Source: a candidate division WOR-3 bacterium (lineage in GTDB: Bacteria; Hydrothermota; Tepidihabitantia; Tepidihabitantales; Tepidihabitantaceae). From it: a stretch of DNA of 20,670 nt. Positions 1-8,207 of this stretch are shown here, one piece after another. Positions within the stretch are counted from its first letter, which is position 1. Each line of letters begins with the position of its first letter. Made by a program: the position numbers and the translations under genes. The notes beneath the pieces were generated by a model that saw only the letters and a list, made by a program, of their open reading frames with translations, made no database searches and had not been told where the DNA came from. The stretch is from NCBI GenBank assembly GCA_965648935.1, contig CBFGIY010000042.1:1-20670 (forward strand), in the 5' to 3' direction.

Positions 1-17
1 CGGCGCGCAGTCTAATC

Positions 18-112
18 TGGCGGAGGCGTGTAGGAATCGAACCTACCGGTCCACTTTTCGCAGACCATACGGATTTGAAGTCCGCCAGGCACACCAGCAC
101 CCATACACCTCC
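18..112 (-). tRNA. selC: tRNA-Sec (anticodon UCA)
   Basis: Reverse complement folds as a bacterial 8/5 tRNA-Sec: 8-bp acceptor GGAGGTGT/ACGCCTCC, G discriminator, encoded CCA (18-20), 6-bp D stem with 4-nt loop TGGT, anticodon loop CTTCAAA (TCA at 78-76), long variable arm GGTCTGC-GAAAA-GTGGACC, T arm GTAGG-TTCGATT-CCTAC; 95 nt. Confidence 0.97.
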
Positions 113-130
113 GTGCCGGTCTCCAGAACT

Positions 131-158
131 ATGCTAGCCCGGCTGCCGCACCTGTCAA
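131..158 (-). promoter_or_regulatory. sigma70-type promoter for selC
   Basis: TTGACA (158-153), 16-nt spacer, TAGCAT (136-131), 18 nt upstream of the mature tRNA 5' end. Confidence 0.75.
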
Positions 159-173
159 CGCGGCGCCCCGCGC

Positions 174-3100
174 CTAGCGCGCGACCTGGACCTTGCGCGC
201 GAAAACCTGCGTGCCGGCCGCGTCTTCCACGGCCAGGCGGCAGAAGTACACGCCCTCGGCCAGCGTGCCGCCGGCGATGCGCGCCTCGCGGACACCCGGG
301 CCGAGCGTGCCGCGCTCAAGCGTCACGACGCGCCGGCCCGCCGCGTCAAACAGCGCGAGGTCAACCCGGGCCGGACGCGCGAGCGCGTACTGCACCGACC
401 CGTACGAGACGAGGGGCAGGGGCCGGACCCGTCCCAGACCGGTGCGCTGTGGCGCGCCGCGCCCCGGCTCGCTCAAGAAGGTGACCCCGGACAGCCCGAA
501 CGAGATGTACCCGGTCGTCGAGTAGCCCTCGGCCGTGAGCACCACGCCGAGCTGGATTATCGAGTCGGCCGGCAGGGCCGCGACGCGGCAGACCAGGGGC
601 CGGCCCGAGTTAGCGGCCTGTCCCCCGGCCGGAATCGTGCCGAGCGGCGCGGTCGAATCAAGCACGGCGACATCCGGGTCGAGGCTGCGCAGGAGCACGG
701 CCGCATCTGTGGCCTGGTCCACCCCGCGGTTCTGCACCGTCACCACGACGGTCAGGGTTTCGCCCGCCTCGTACAGCCCGTTGCCGTTGCCGTGCAGGCT
801 GTCGCTGACCCGGGCCGAAGCGAGCACCAGCCACGGCCGCGCCCCGCTCACCGGCGCGAGCGTCGTGAAACGCAATGCCCGGCCCGCCCCGAGCCAGGCC
901 GCGCCCGGCGAGTAGTTGTTGTTGAACAGGTACTGCAGGCCCACCGTCTGGGTGTGGTCCTCGATGCCGACCGTGCAGCCCGAGCCGAGCGCGACGCGGT
1001 TGTAGAGCATCAGTATCTCGCCGTCGCCGGTCGGGGTCGGGTAGTGCTCCGGGTCGAGCAGGATGACCTGGAACTTCTCACGGATATTGGGCTGGCCGTA
1101 GTGGGCGAAATCGTCGAACTGGACGATCCAGCGGTGCCGGACCGAGTCGTGGTACTGGTAGGCGGTGCCGTAGCCGTTGCGCGTTTCGTCCGGGTTGAGG
1201 TCGTCCCAGAACGGCGCGATCATCAGCGGCGGCCCGACCGGGTCGGGAATCGGCCGGTTCGAACCCTGCCGGTATTCGGTGTAGCCCAGCGCCAGGAACC
1301 CGTTCGAGCATATCGAAATGAAGTTGTCGGACCGGCCGTAGAGCTGGAACCGGAACGGCAGCGGGAAAGTGCGCGTGGCCGCGTCCGAGTCCGAGACCGC
1401 CGGCAGGAACACGCCCGGCCCGGGCGGCGCGAGCTCGAGCCACTCGTATGCCGGGGCGCGGCCCGAGGCGGTGTCCGTGTTGTCGTAGCACCAGTAGCCG
1501 TAAGGATCAGGCCCGGTCGGCTCGCCTGAAACCGACTGCTCGCCGGCAACCGGGAAGCTGAATGTGTCGCTGTACTGGTAGGTGCCGCCCGAGGCGCGCA
1601 CGGTGACGCTGAAGCGCGCGCCCGCGGCCGGCGGGTGACTCGGGCCTGAAGCGATGGCGAAAGGGTCGAGCGCGCCGGTCAGGGTATCGCCGGCATAGGC
1701 GCGGCCGTAGAAAGCGAGCGAATCCGTGACCAGAACCGAACCGACGAGGCTTGACAGACCCAGGGTCACGCCCTCGAGCGGGCCGCCGCCCTCGTTGCGG
1801 ATGGCGACGCGCAGCCGGCCGCTCTCGCTCGAGCCGAGCCGGCCGTTGCCGTTGCCGCCCGGCGGCGAATCGTTGAACGCGGCGACGTGCAGCCGCAGGA
1901 CCCCGGAGAAGACCGGCAGCGACACGGGTATGCCCCAGGTGTCGCCCGAAGAAGCGCGCACCGACAGCCAGCCGTCAATTGACTGCCCCTGCCGGAAGCT
2001 CGACCCGACCGCGAACTCGAACGGGTCGCCGCTGACCACGCTGTCGGGCAGTATCGTGCCGAAGCTGCTCGTGCTGTCATAGACCGTGACGCCCGGCGTC
2101 AGGCAACGGTAGGTCGCCTGCACTCCGGCCGCGGTCGCGCCGCCAAGGTTGCGCAGGCTCACGGTCAGGCGGACCCGCTCGCCCGGGTTGATGAGCCGGT
2201 CGTGATTGCCCGCGATGTCGTCGATGCCGGTCCCGGCCAGGGCCAGCCAGGGCGCGCCGCTGACAATCACCCGCGCCGTGCCCTCATAGGGCAGCATGTT
2301 GCGGCCGGTCACGGTCACCTTCATCGTCCCGATATGCGTCGGGTTGATGCTCAGCCGGGCCTGGCCCGCGCCGTCGGTGCGGCCGACCGCGTAGACGACC
2401 GTGTCCATCCACGCGCAGACCCGCGCATCGTGCACCGCGCTGCCGCCGATGCGCACCGTCACGACAAGGTTCTGCGGCGCGAGCGGCAGCACCGAGTCGT
2501 AAGAGACTTCCAGCCGCTGCGGCATCCCGGTCCAGACATTCAGCTCCGGGTCGCCCATCAGGTTCCACTCAAGGTAGCGGCCGGACTGGCCCGGGTACAG
2601 CGAGTCGACCCAGCGTCGGCCCTGCAGCGTGGCATTGCCCAGTTCGACAGTCTTGTTCTCGTACAGGGCGTGGAAGAACCCGCGGTACACCGCCCCGCGC
2701 TGGCCAGAAATGCCTGAACCGGAACTGGTCGTGCCGAAGTAGGCGATCGCCCCGCCTGCGCCGGCCGTGGTCCCGGCCCGCACGAACTTGTCGGCGTACA
2801 TCGACTCGCCCGAAGCGAGCGTCACGGTGGCGCAGGTCGCGCCCACGACCACCGGCATCATGTGACCGTTGGTCCACGCATAGGGGTTGATGGCGTTGAA
2901 CGGGCTCCACCATGTCGACACGCCCTGGCCCCGGTAAGTTATGAAAGCGCGGCCCGCGTTGGCCGAGTTGGTCACGTTCGTGCTGTTATGCCCCCAGGTG
3001 TTCATCAGGCTCTCGGCCAGCGCGTAGCCGTTCCCGGACCAGTAGCCGCGCACGAGCCGCGAGTCGGGCTGGTAGTAGGCGTCGGGCGGGTTGTCCTCGC

Positions 3101-3563
3101 GCACGACCGTCGTACCCTTGATGTACCACGACGTGTCGCCGGCGCCGAATGCGGGCCGCTCGTACGCGATGCACTTGTTGACCAGCGTGCTGCACTCCGC
3201 GAGGTTGTTCGCGGGCAGGCGGCCCACGGCTATCTCCATCTGGTACCCGCCGGTCATGTCGCCGTAGTTGCAGTCGGTCGTCGTGCTGTAGGGCACGACA
3301 AGCGGCGGCGCGCCGACCAGCAGCACGAACTCTGGCCGCACCGGCCAGTTGCTCCAGGCATTGCGAATGTACGCCTGTATCGCCGTGTTGGTGTTGCCGA
3401 TGCTGGAGACCGGCACCACGATCGCAGGTACGCCCTTCTGGGTTTTCCAGTCAGCGAGGCGCTGGGCGATCGGCGCGAACTGGTCGGCCGCTATCACGAG
3501 GTACTTCTGGGCCGGCGCGATGCCCGCGGCCAGGGCCAGCGCCAGCAGGACTGCGTGTCGCAT
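174..3563 (-). CDS. Secreted C25 (gingipain-like) family protein with Ig-like domains, nidogen-like domain and FlgD/T9SS-type C-terminal domain; catalytic His replaced by Gln
   Basis: 1129 aa. Signal peptide followed directly by C25 motifs (KYLVIAADQF, LADWKTQKG, FVLLVG, IAVGRLPA, YRGQG, ATC, WNLMGDP). Repeated GNxD/NG..PGE/GE Ig-like modules, GPDPYGY..APFWDDL domain, C-terminal LFDAAGRRV..LAEGVYFCRL..RKVQVAR. Confidence 0.88.
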   Translation of the reverse strand: MRHAVLLALALAAGIAPAQKYLVIAADQFAPIAQRLADWKTQKGVPAIVVPVSSIGNTNTAIQAYIRNAWSNWPVRPEFVLLVGAPPLVVPYSTTTDCNYGDMTGGYQMEIAVGRLPANNLAECSTLVNKCIAYERPAFGAGDTSWYIKGTTVVREDNPPDAYYQPDSRLVRGYWSGNGYALAESLMNTWGHNSTNVTNSANAGRAFITYRGQGVSTWWSPFNAINPYAWTNGHMMPVVVGATCATVTLASGESMYADKFVRAGTTAGAGGAIAYFGTTSSGSGISGQRGAVYRGFFHALYENKTVELGNATLQGRRWVDSLYPGQSGRYLEWNLMGDPELNVWTGMPQRLEVSYDSVLPLAPQNLVVTVRIGGSAVHDARVCAWMDTVVYAVGRTDGAGQARLSINPTHIGTMKVTVTGRNMLPYEGTARVIVSGAPWLALAGTGIDDIAGNHDRLINPGERVRLTVSLRNLGGATAAGVQATYRCLTPGVTVYDSTSSFGTILPDSVVSGDPFEFAVGSSFRQGQSIDGWLSVRASSGDTWGIPVSLPVFSGVLRLHVAAFNDSPPGGNGNGRLGSSESGRLRVAIRNEGGGPLEGVTLGLSSLVGSVLVTDSLAFYGRAYAGDTLTGALDPFAIASGPSHPPAAGARFSVTVRASGGTYQYSDTFSFPVAGEQSVSGEPTGPDPYGYWCYDNTDTASGRAPAYEWLELAPPGPGVFLPAVSDSDAATRTFPLPFRFQLYGRSDNFISICSNGFLALGYTEYRQGSNRPIPDPVGPPLMIAPFWDDLNPDETRNGYGTAYQYHDSVRHRWIVQFDDFAHYGQPNIREKFQVILLDPEHYPTPTGDGEILMLYNRVALGSGCTVGIEDHTQTVGLQYLFNNNYSPGAAWLGAGRALRFTTLAPVSGARPWLVLASARVSDSLHGNGNGLYEAGETLTVVVTVQNRGVDQATDAAVLLRSLDPDVAVLDSTAPLGTIPAGGQAANSGRPLVCRVAALPADSIIQLGVVLTAEGYSTTGYISFGLSGVTFLSEPGRGAPQRTGLGRVRPLPLVSYGSVQYALARPARVDLALFDAAGRRVVTLERGTLGPGVREARIAGGTLAEGVYFCRLAVEDAAGTQVFARKVQVAR

Positions 3564-3572
3564 CGGCGTCCC

Positions 3573-4817
3573 CTATTGCGCGACCAGCACGAACCGCGCC
3601 GCCTCGGCCCCGCGCCGCGCGAAGTACAGACCGGACCCCGCCTTGCGGCCCGCGCTGGTCCGGCCGTCCCATATCGCGACGCCGGCCGGCACCTCGGCGA
3701 CGGCCTTGCCCGCGGCATCGTACACGCGTATCGCGCCGCGGCTCGAGCCGGTCGAAGCGAAGCGCACCGAGCCGAGCGCAGGGTTGCGCTCGACCGCGAG
3801 CGCCGCGCGCGGCGAACCGGCCCTGCCTTCCGCGACGCCGCCGAATCCGCGCACCCAGGTCGCGCCGCCGTCGGTCGTGTACAGCACCACCGAGTTGCCC
3901 GCGATCATCCCGCGCTGCGCATCGGCGAACTCGATGTCAAAGAGCGTCGTATCGACGCCGGTCGACTGCAGTGTCCAGTTCGCGCCGCCGTCCGAAGTGT
4001 GAACGACCGTGCCGTTGCGGCCGCAGGCCCAGCCGTTGTTCTCATCAAGGAAGCAGACCGAGCGCAGGAAGCGCGCGCCGGTCGGCAGGGTCTGTTCCTG
4101 CCAAGTGGCGCCGGCGTCGGTCGAATGCAGCACGACACCGCGCATCGTCCGGTCGTCGCCGCCGACCACCCAGACCCGTGCCGGGCCGGCAATGGCCACG
4201 TCGTAGAAATCGTAGACCGCGTCGCGCCGCAGCAGTTCGGTCGCGCCGCCCGCGGTGTGCCGCGCGATGAAGCCCTGACCCCGGGCAAAAGTGTCGCCCT
4301 CGGGGAACCGGCCGGCAACAAGGTAACCGGTCGAACCGTCGACTAACGCCAGCCCCTGGAAATCAACCGTGTCGCCGGGAAAGGGCGGGTTCGGAAAGAA
4401 GTCCATCACCCATTCGCCGCCGCCGTCGGTGGTGTGCAGGATTATCGCCTCGCCGCCCGCAGCCCAGCCGTGATTCGCGTCAAAGAACCGGATGCGGGTC
4501 GCGAACTTCGGTCCGCCCAGGTTCTGCCGGGTCCAGCTTCCGCCACCGTCCGCGGTGTGCCAGATGTCGGCGATGCGGCCGCAGGTCCAGCCGTTCTGCG
4601 CGTCGACGAAGTGAACGTCGAAGAAGTCGCGCACGGTTGGAATCACCTGTGGCGACCAGTTCTGCCCGAAGTCGCCCGAGTGGTAAACCAGCGTCGTCTC
4701 GATGGTTACGACCCAGGCATCGTTTCCGCCCGGCGCGACCGCGACGCCGTGGTAGTTTTCGGCCGCCAGCGCAAAAAGAAGACCGGCAACGGCAACGGCA
4801 ACTGCTGTTCTCTTCAT
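3573..4817 (-). CDS. Secreted YCF48/BNR (Asp-box) repeat beta-propeller protein with FlgD/T9SS-type C-terminal domain
   Basis: Signal peptide and six Asp-box-like repeats (HSGDFGQNW, HTADGGGSW, HTTDGGGEW, HSTDAGATW, HTSDGGANW, YTTDGGATW). C-terminal RNP..VYDAAGKAV..WDGR..SGLYF. Start placed at the third ATG (4817) because AGGAG directly abuts the first ATG (4823). Confidence 0.88.
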   Translation of the reverse strand: MKRTAVAVAVAGLLFALAAENYHGVAVAPGGNDAWVVTIETTLVYHSGDFGQNWSPQVIPTVRDFFDVHFVDAQNGWTCGRIADIWHTADGGGSWTRQNLGGPKFATRIRFFDANHGWAAGGEAIILHTTDGGGEWVMDFFPNPPFPGDTVDFQGLALVDGSTGYLVAGRFPEGDTFARGQGFIARHTAGGATELLRRDAVYDFYDVAIAGPARVWVVGGDDRTMRGVVLHSTDAGATWQEQTLPTGARFLRSVCFLDENNGWACGRNGTVVHTSDGGANWTLQSTGVDTTLFDIEFADAQRGMIAGNSVVLYTTDGGATWVRGFGGVAEGRAGSPRAALAVERNPALGSVRFASTGSSRGAIRVYDAAGKAVAEVPAGVAIWDGRTSAGRKAGSGLYFARRGAEAARFVLVAQ

Positions 4818-4835
4818 CATCATCTCCTGTATCGG

Positions 4836-7800
4836 CTACTTCACCGCCAGAATCCTGCCTGAGTAAATCGTAGAGCCGTCAACCCGCGATGTCAAAGCCA
4901 GCCGGTATACCCCGGCCGGCAACCTGCGGCCTTCTGCGTCACGCAGGTCCCAGGTCCAGGTCTGGCTGCCCGCCGGCACGATGCGCCGGTGAACCAGCCG
5001 GCCGCTGGCATCGTGCACGCGCAACTCGGCCGGCTGCACCAGCGTCAGCGCGCCGGTCACCGTGCCGCGCACCGGGTTCGGCGCGATGATGAACGGCTGT
5101 GTGGCCCGACTCGTGCGGCCCTCGCTGACCGCCACGAAGCTGTCCGGCGGATTGGTCGTGAACTTGATTGCCCGACCCGGCCCGACCGCGGCCGCGCCCG
5201 GGCTGTAGCGACCCGCGAACGTGTACTCCAGGCCGTCGGTGTGGTCCGGGCTCTGAACGCCGACCGTGGCGAAGTTGTGCGAGTTGCCCGGAATGCTGTC
5301 GTCGTTCTGAACGAACAGCATCTGGACCGTCATCGCTCCGTCGCCCGTGCGCGTGGGATGGTGGGCCGGGTCGTAGAGTATCGCCTGGAAGGTCTGCTGC
5401 TCGGCCAGGCTGGGCGGCCGGTACCCGTGCACGTGGTAGCAGCGGCTCCACTGTATGATGAACCGGTGCTCGGCCGCGTCGTAGCGCCAGAACACGCCGG
5501 CATCGAGCGTGTCGCAGCGGAAATCGTCCCAGAAAGCTGCGAAGAACCCGTCCGGTCCGTTGGCCGAAGGGATGTGCCAGTTGTAAATCTCGCCGAACCA
5601 GGCCTCGCCCATTGCTACGTAGCCGTTGTCGGAGACCGAGACGGTGTTGTAGTCGCGCCCATAGAAGCGGAAGTTGAAAGGCAGTGCGAGCGGCACCGCG
5701 GTGTCGTTGCGCAGCGCGAGCCGCGTGCCGTTGCCGCCGTGGGCCGGGTCGAGTTCGAGCCAGTCAAAAGACGGCCGCTCGGCGTAGCGCACGTCGGTGT
5801 CGTCGTAGGCGTAGTAGCCGTGTTGGTCCGGCCCGGTGGGCGCGTCGGGCGCGGCCAGCCCGACCGTGACCGGAAACTCCAGCCACTGCTCGAACCCGTC
5901 GGATCCCGAGAGCACGAGCCGCAGGGTGAACCTGCGCCCGACTGCCGCGGCCTCGCTCACGCGCACCGAGAACCGGTCCGCGCTGTTGGCCGCTGAGTCT
6001 CCCGGTGCTATCGTGCCGAAAGTGCCGATCGAGTCGGTGACGACCAGCGCCGTAGTCGCGACCGCGCGCAACCGCGCCGTGCCGACGGTTGCGGGCGCCG
6101 CGCCCCGGTTGCGCACGAGCACCGAAAGCTCGGCGGTTTCGCCCGGGTCGAGAGCGCCATTGCCGTCGTGCACCGTGTAGCGCACCGGCACCAGGGTCGG
6201 CCCGCTCACCGCGAGTTCGAATCCCGCGATCCATGCGCTGTCAGCGGAAGAAATCGCCAGTTCGAACCCGAGCCGCTGGCCGCTCGTGCACGCCGCGGCC
6301 ACGCTGACCGCGAAGGGCGCGGCCGTGGCGGTACCGCCCGGGACGATGTCGCCGTACTCGCGCAGGGAGTCGGTAACGTTCGCCCCGGCGGACAGTGAGC
6401 GGAGCGTCGCCCTGACCGCGGGCGCGGTCTGGCCGGAGCCGAAATTGCGCAGCCCGACTTCAAGTGCCGCAGCCGCACCCGGCCCGACAGCCTGGGGCGA
6501 ATGAGTCGAGTACCCGACGAACACGCCGGCGGTTGTCGGCACGCTGAAACCGAGGTAGGGAGCAAGGTCGCGACCGGACACCGTCACGAGCATCGTATCG
6601 CTGCCTGCCGCGGAAAGCGTGAATCTCGCCAGGCCGTCCGGCCCGGTCAGGGCCACAAGGTGAGTGCCGCTGGACTGATGCAGGCAGACGCGCGCGCCGG
6701 GAACCGCCCCGCCGCTGCCGCTCACCCTGACCGTGAAGACGCTCGTACCCACCGGGACCGTCGCCGGGTGGCTGACCGTTATCGGCTGGGGAACGCCGGT
6801 CCACATCTGCAGCGCCGGGTCGCCAAGCAGATTGTAGACATGGAAGTACACGCGCAGGTCAAACGAGTCGTCCGGCAGGGGAAAATTCTCAAGCTGAGCC
6901 AGCTTGCCGTAATACATCGCCGGACCGCAGACGTTCTCGCCCCGGTCAAAAATGGCACTGTATATGCCGTAGTCCATACAGTTGTTCCAGCGCGTCGAGG
7001 TTCCGGTCCAGGAACTGCCCCAGAACGCGACCGCGCCCTTTGGATTCGACGGGACGCCGGCACGCAGCCAGGCTTCGCCAAAGCACGGATTCCGGGCGTA
7101 ATTGCCGGTGCCGCAGTAGATGCTCGTGATGATTGGCAGCTTCCACCCGTTGGCCAGGCCGTACACGTCGTTGGTCAGGTATTGCGGGTAGCCCCAGCCG
7201 TCGTAATTCCCCCACCCGCGGCCGTTGAGGTACAGCACGCCGCGGTTCACCGCCGAATCCACCGGGCCGCGGCCCGACGCGGTCGGCGGGTAAAACACGG
7301 TGTCGATGCGATCGAATCCACGTTCGAGCATCCGCTCGCGAATCAGGCGTTTCGTGATGATTGCGGTGACGGCCGGAGTGCCGCCCTCGGCGTAACTGGT
7401 GCCGACCATCAGCGCGCGCCGGAACCAGCTCGGGTCGCCCGTCGCAGGCGAAGACTCGTAACCGACAATCTTGGCGACGATCACGTCCAGTTCGGAAGCG
7501 TTCGCCGCCGGCAACCGCCCGACGAACAGGTCGGCCAGATAGTCGTCGCCGTCGACACATGCAAAAGGGTGGTCGGTCACCGACGGCGTGCCGCCGGTGG
7601 TGAACGCCGGTATCTTGTTGACTGCACCGACCAGCACCACGTAGCTCGGCGCCACCGGCCAGTTGTGATACGCGTTCTCGATGAACGAGCGAATCTGCTC
7701 GCGAGTCGAGCCGGTCTCCGACGTCTTCTTGACGACAACGGAGAACCCGAGCCGGGTCTTCCACTGGGCCAGCGGCAGAATGTTGCTATAGAAATCATCC

Positions 7801-8201
7801 GGCACGATGACGAGATAGACGTCCGGGCGCGACGCCATCTCGGGCAGTCCGGCAAGCCGCGCCACCAGGCGACCCATCGCGCCCTTGCCCGCCGCCGCGA
7901 GCGGCATCGCGTAATCCAGTCTCACCTCGGTTGCCCCGCCGCCCGGCACCGGGTCAATCACCATCGGCACCAGCCTGATTCCGGCCGCGGTGACCGGTCT
8001 GCCCCAGCTGACATCGGCGGCACCGGAAACAGCAGGAAGCGCGCCGTCCGGCGCAGGAACGAGCCGCGCGACAGGTTGCGGCGCCTCGTCAGCGGTCGGC
8101 GTGACGTGAACGATCAGCGTGTGCGGGCCAGTCTGCTCAACAGCGATGTCAGCCGGGATGCCAATCCGGGCCGCCAGCAGAAGAAATACCAATCCTGTCA
8201 C
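4836..8201 (-). CDS. Secreted C25 (gingipain-like) family protein with Ig-like domains, nidogen-like domain and FlgD/T9SS-type C-terminal domain; catalytic His replaced by Trp
   Basis: 1121 aa, GTG start with GGGAGG upstream. C25 motifs YLVIVPDDF, LAQWKTRLG, YVVLVG, DGDDYLADLFVGRLP, NGRGWG, IYCGTG, CFGEAWLR, YNLLGDP; GPDQHGYYAYD..FWDDF domain; C-terminal APNPV..VHDASGRLV..WDLRD..LPAGVY. Confidence 0.9.
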   Translation of the reverse strand: MTGLVFLLLAARIGIPADIAVEQTGPHTLIVHVTPTADEAPQPVARLVPAPDGALPAVSGAADVSWGRPVTAAGIRLVPMVIDPVPGGGATEVRLDYAMPLAAAGKGAMGRLVARLAGLPEMASRPDVYLVIVPDDFYSNILPLAQWKTRLGFSVVVKKTSETGSTREQIRSFIENAYHNWPVAPSYVVLVGAVNKIPAFTTGGTPSVTDHPFACVDGDDYLADLFVGRLPAANASELDVIVAKIVGYESSPATGDPSWFRRALMVGTSYAEGGTPAVTAIITKRLIRERMLERGFDRIDTVFYPPTASGRGPVDSAVNRGVLYLNGRGWGNYDGWGYPQYLTNDVYGLANGWKLPIITSIYCGTGNYARNPCFGEAWLRAGVPSNPKGAVAFWGSSWTGTSTRWNNCMDYGIYSAIFDRGENVCGPAMYYGKLAQLENFPLPDDSFDLRVYFHVYNLLGDPALQMWTGVPQPITVSHPATVPVGTSVFTVRVSGSGGAVPGARVCLHQSSGTHLVALTGPDGLARFTLSAAGSDTMLVTVSGRDLAPYLGFSVPTTAGVFVGYSTHSPQAVGPGAAAALEVGLRNFGSGQTAPAVRATLRSLSAGANVTDSLREYGDIVPGGTATAAPFAVSVAAACTSGQRLGFELAISSADSAWIAGFELAVSGPTLVPVRYTVHDGNGALDPGETAELSVLVRNRGAAPATVGTARLRAVATTALVVTDSIGTFGTIAPGDSAANSADRFSVRVSEAAAVGRRFTLRLVLSGSDGFEQWLEFPVTVGLAAPDAPTGPDQHGYYAYDDTDVRYAERPSFDWLELDPAHGGNGTRLALRNDTAVPLALPFNFRFYGRDYNTVSVSDNGYVAMGEAWFGEIYNWHIPSANGPDGFFAAFWDDFRCDTLDAGVFWRYDAAEHRFIIQWSRCYHVHGYRPPSLAEQQTFQAILYDPAHHPTRTGDGAMTVQMLFVQNDDSIPGNSHNFATVGVQSPDHTDGLEYTFAGRYSPGAAAVGPGRAIKFTTNPPDSFVAVSEGRTSRATQPFIIAPNPVRGTVTGALTLVQPAELRVHDASGRLVHRRIVPAGSQTWTWDLRDAEGRRLPAGVYRLALTSRVDGSTIYSGRILAVK

Positions 8202-8207
8202 GGCTCG

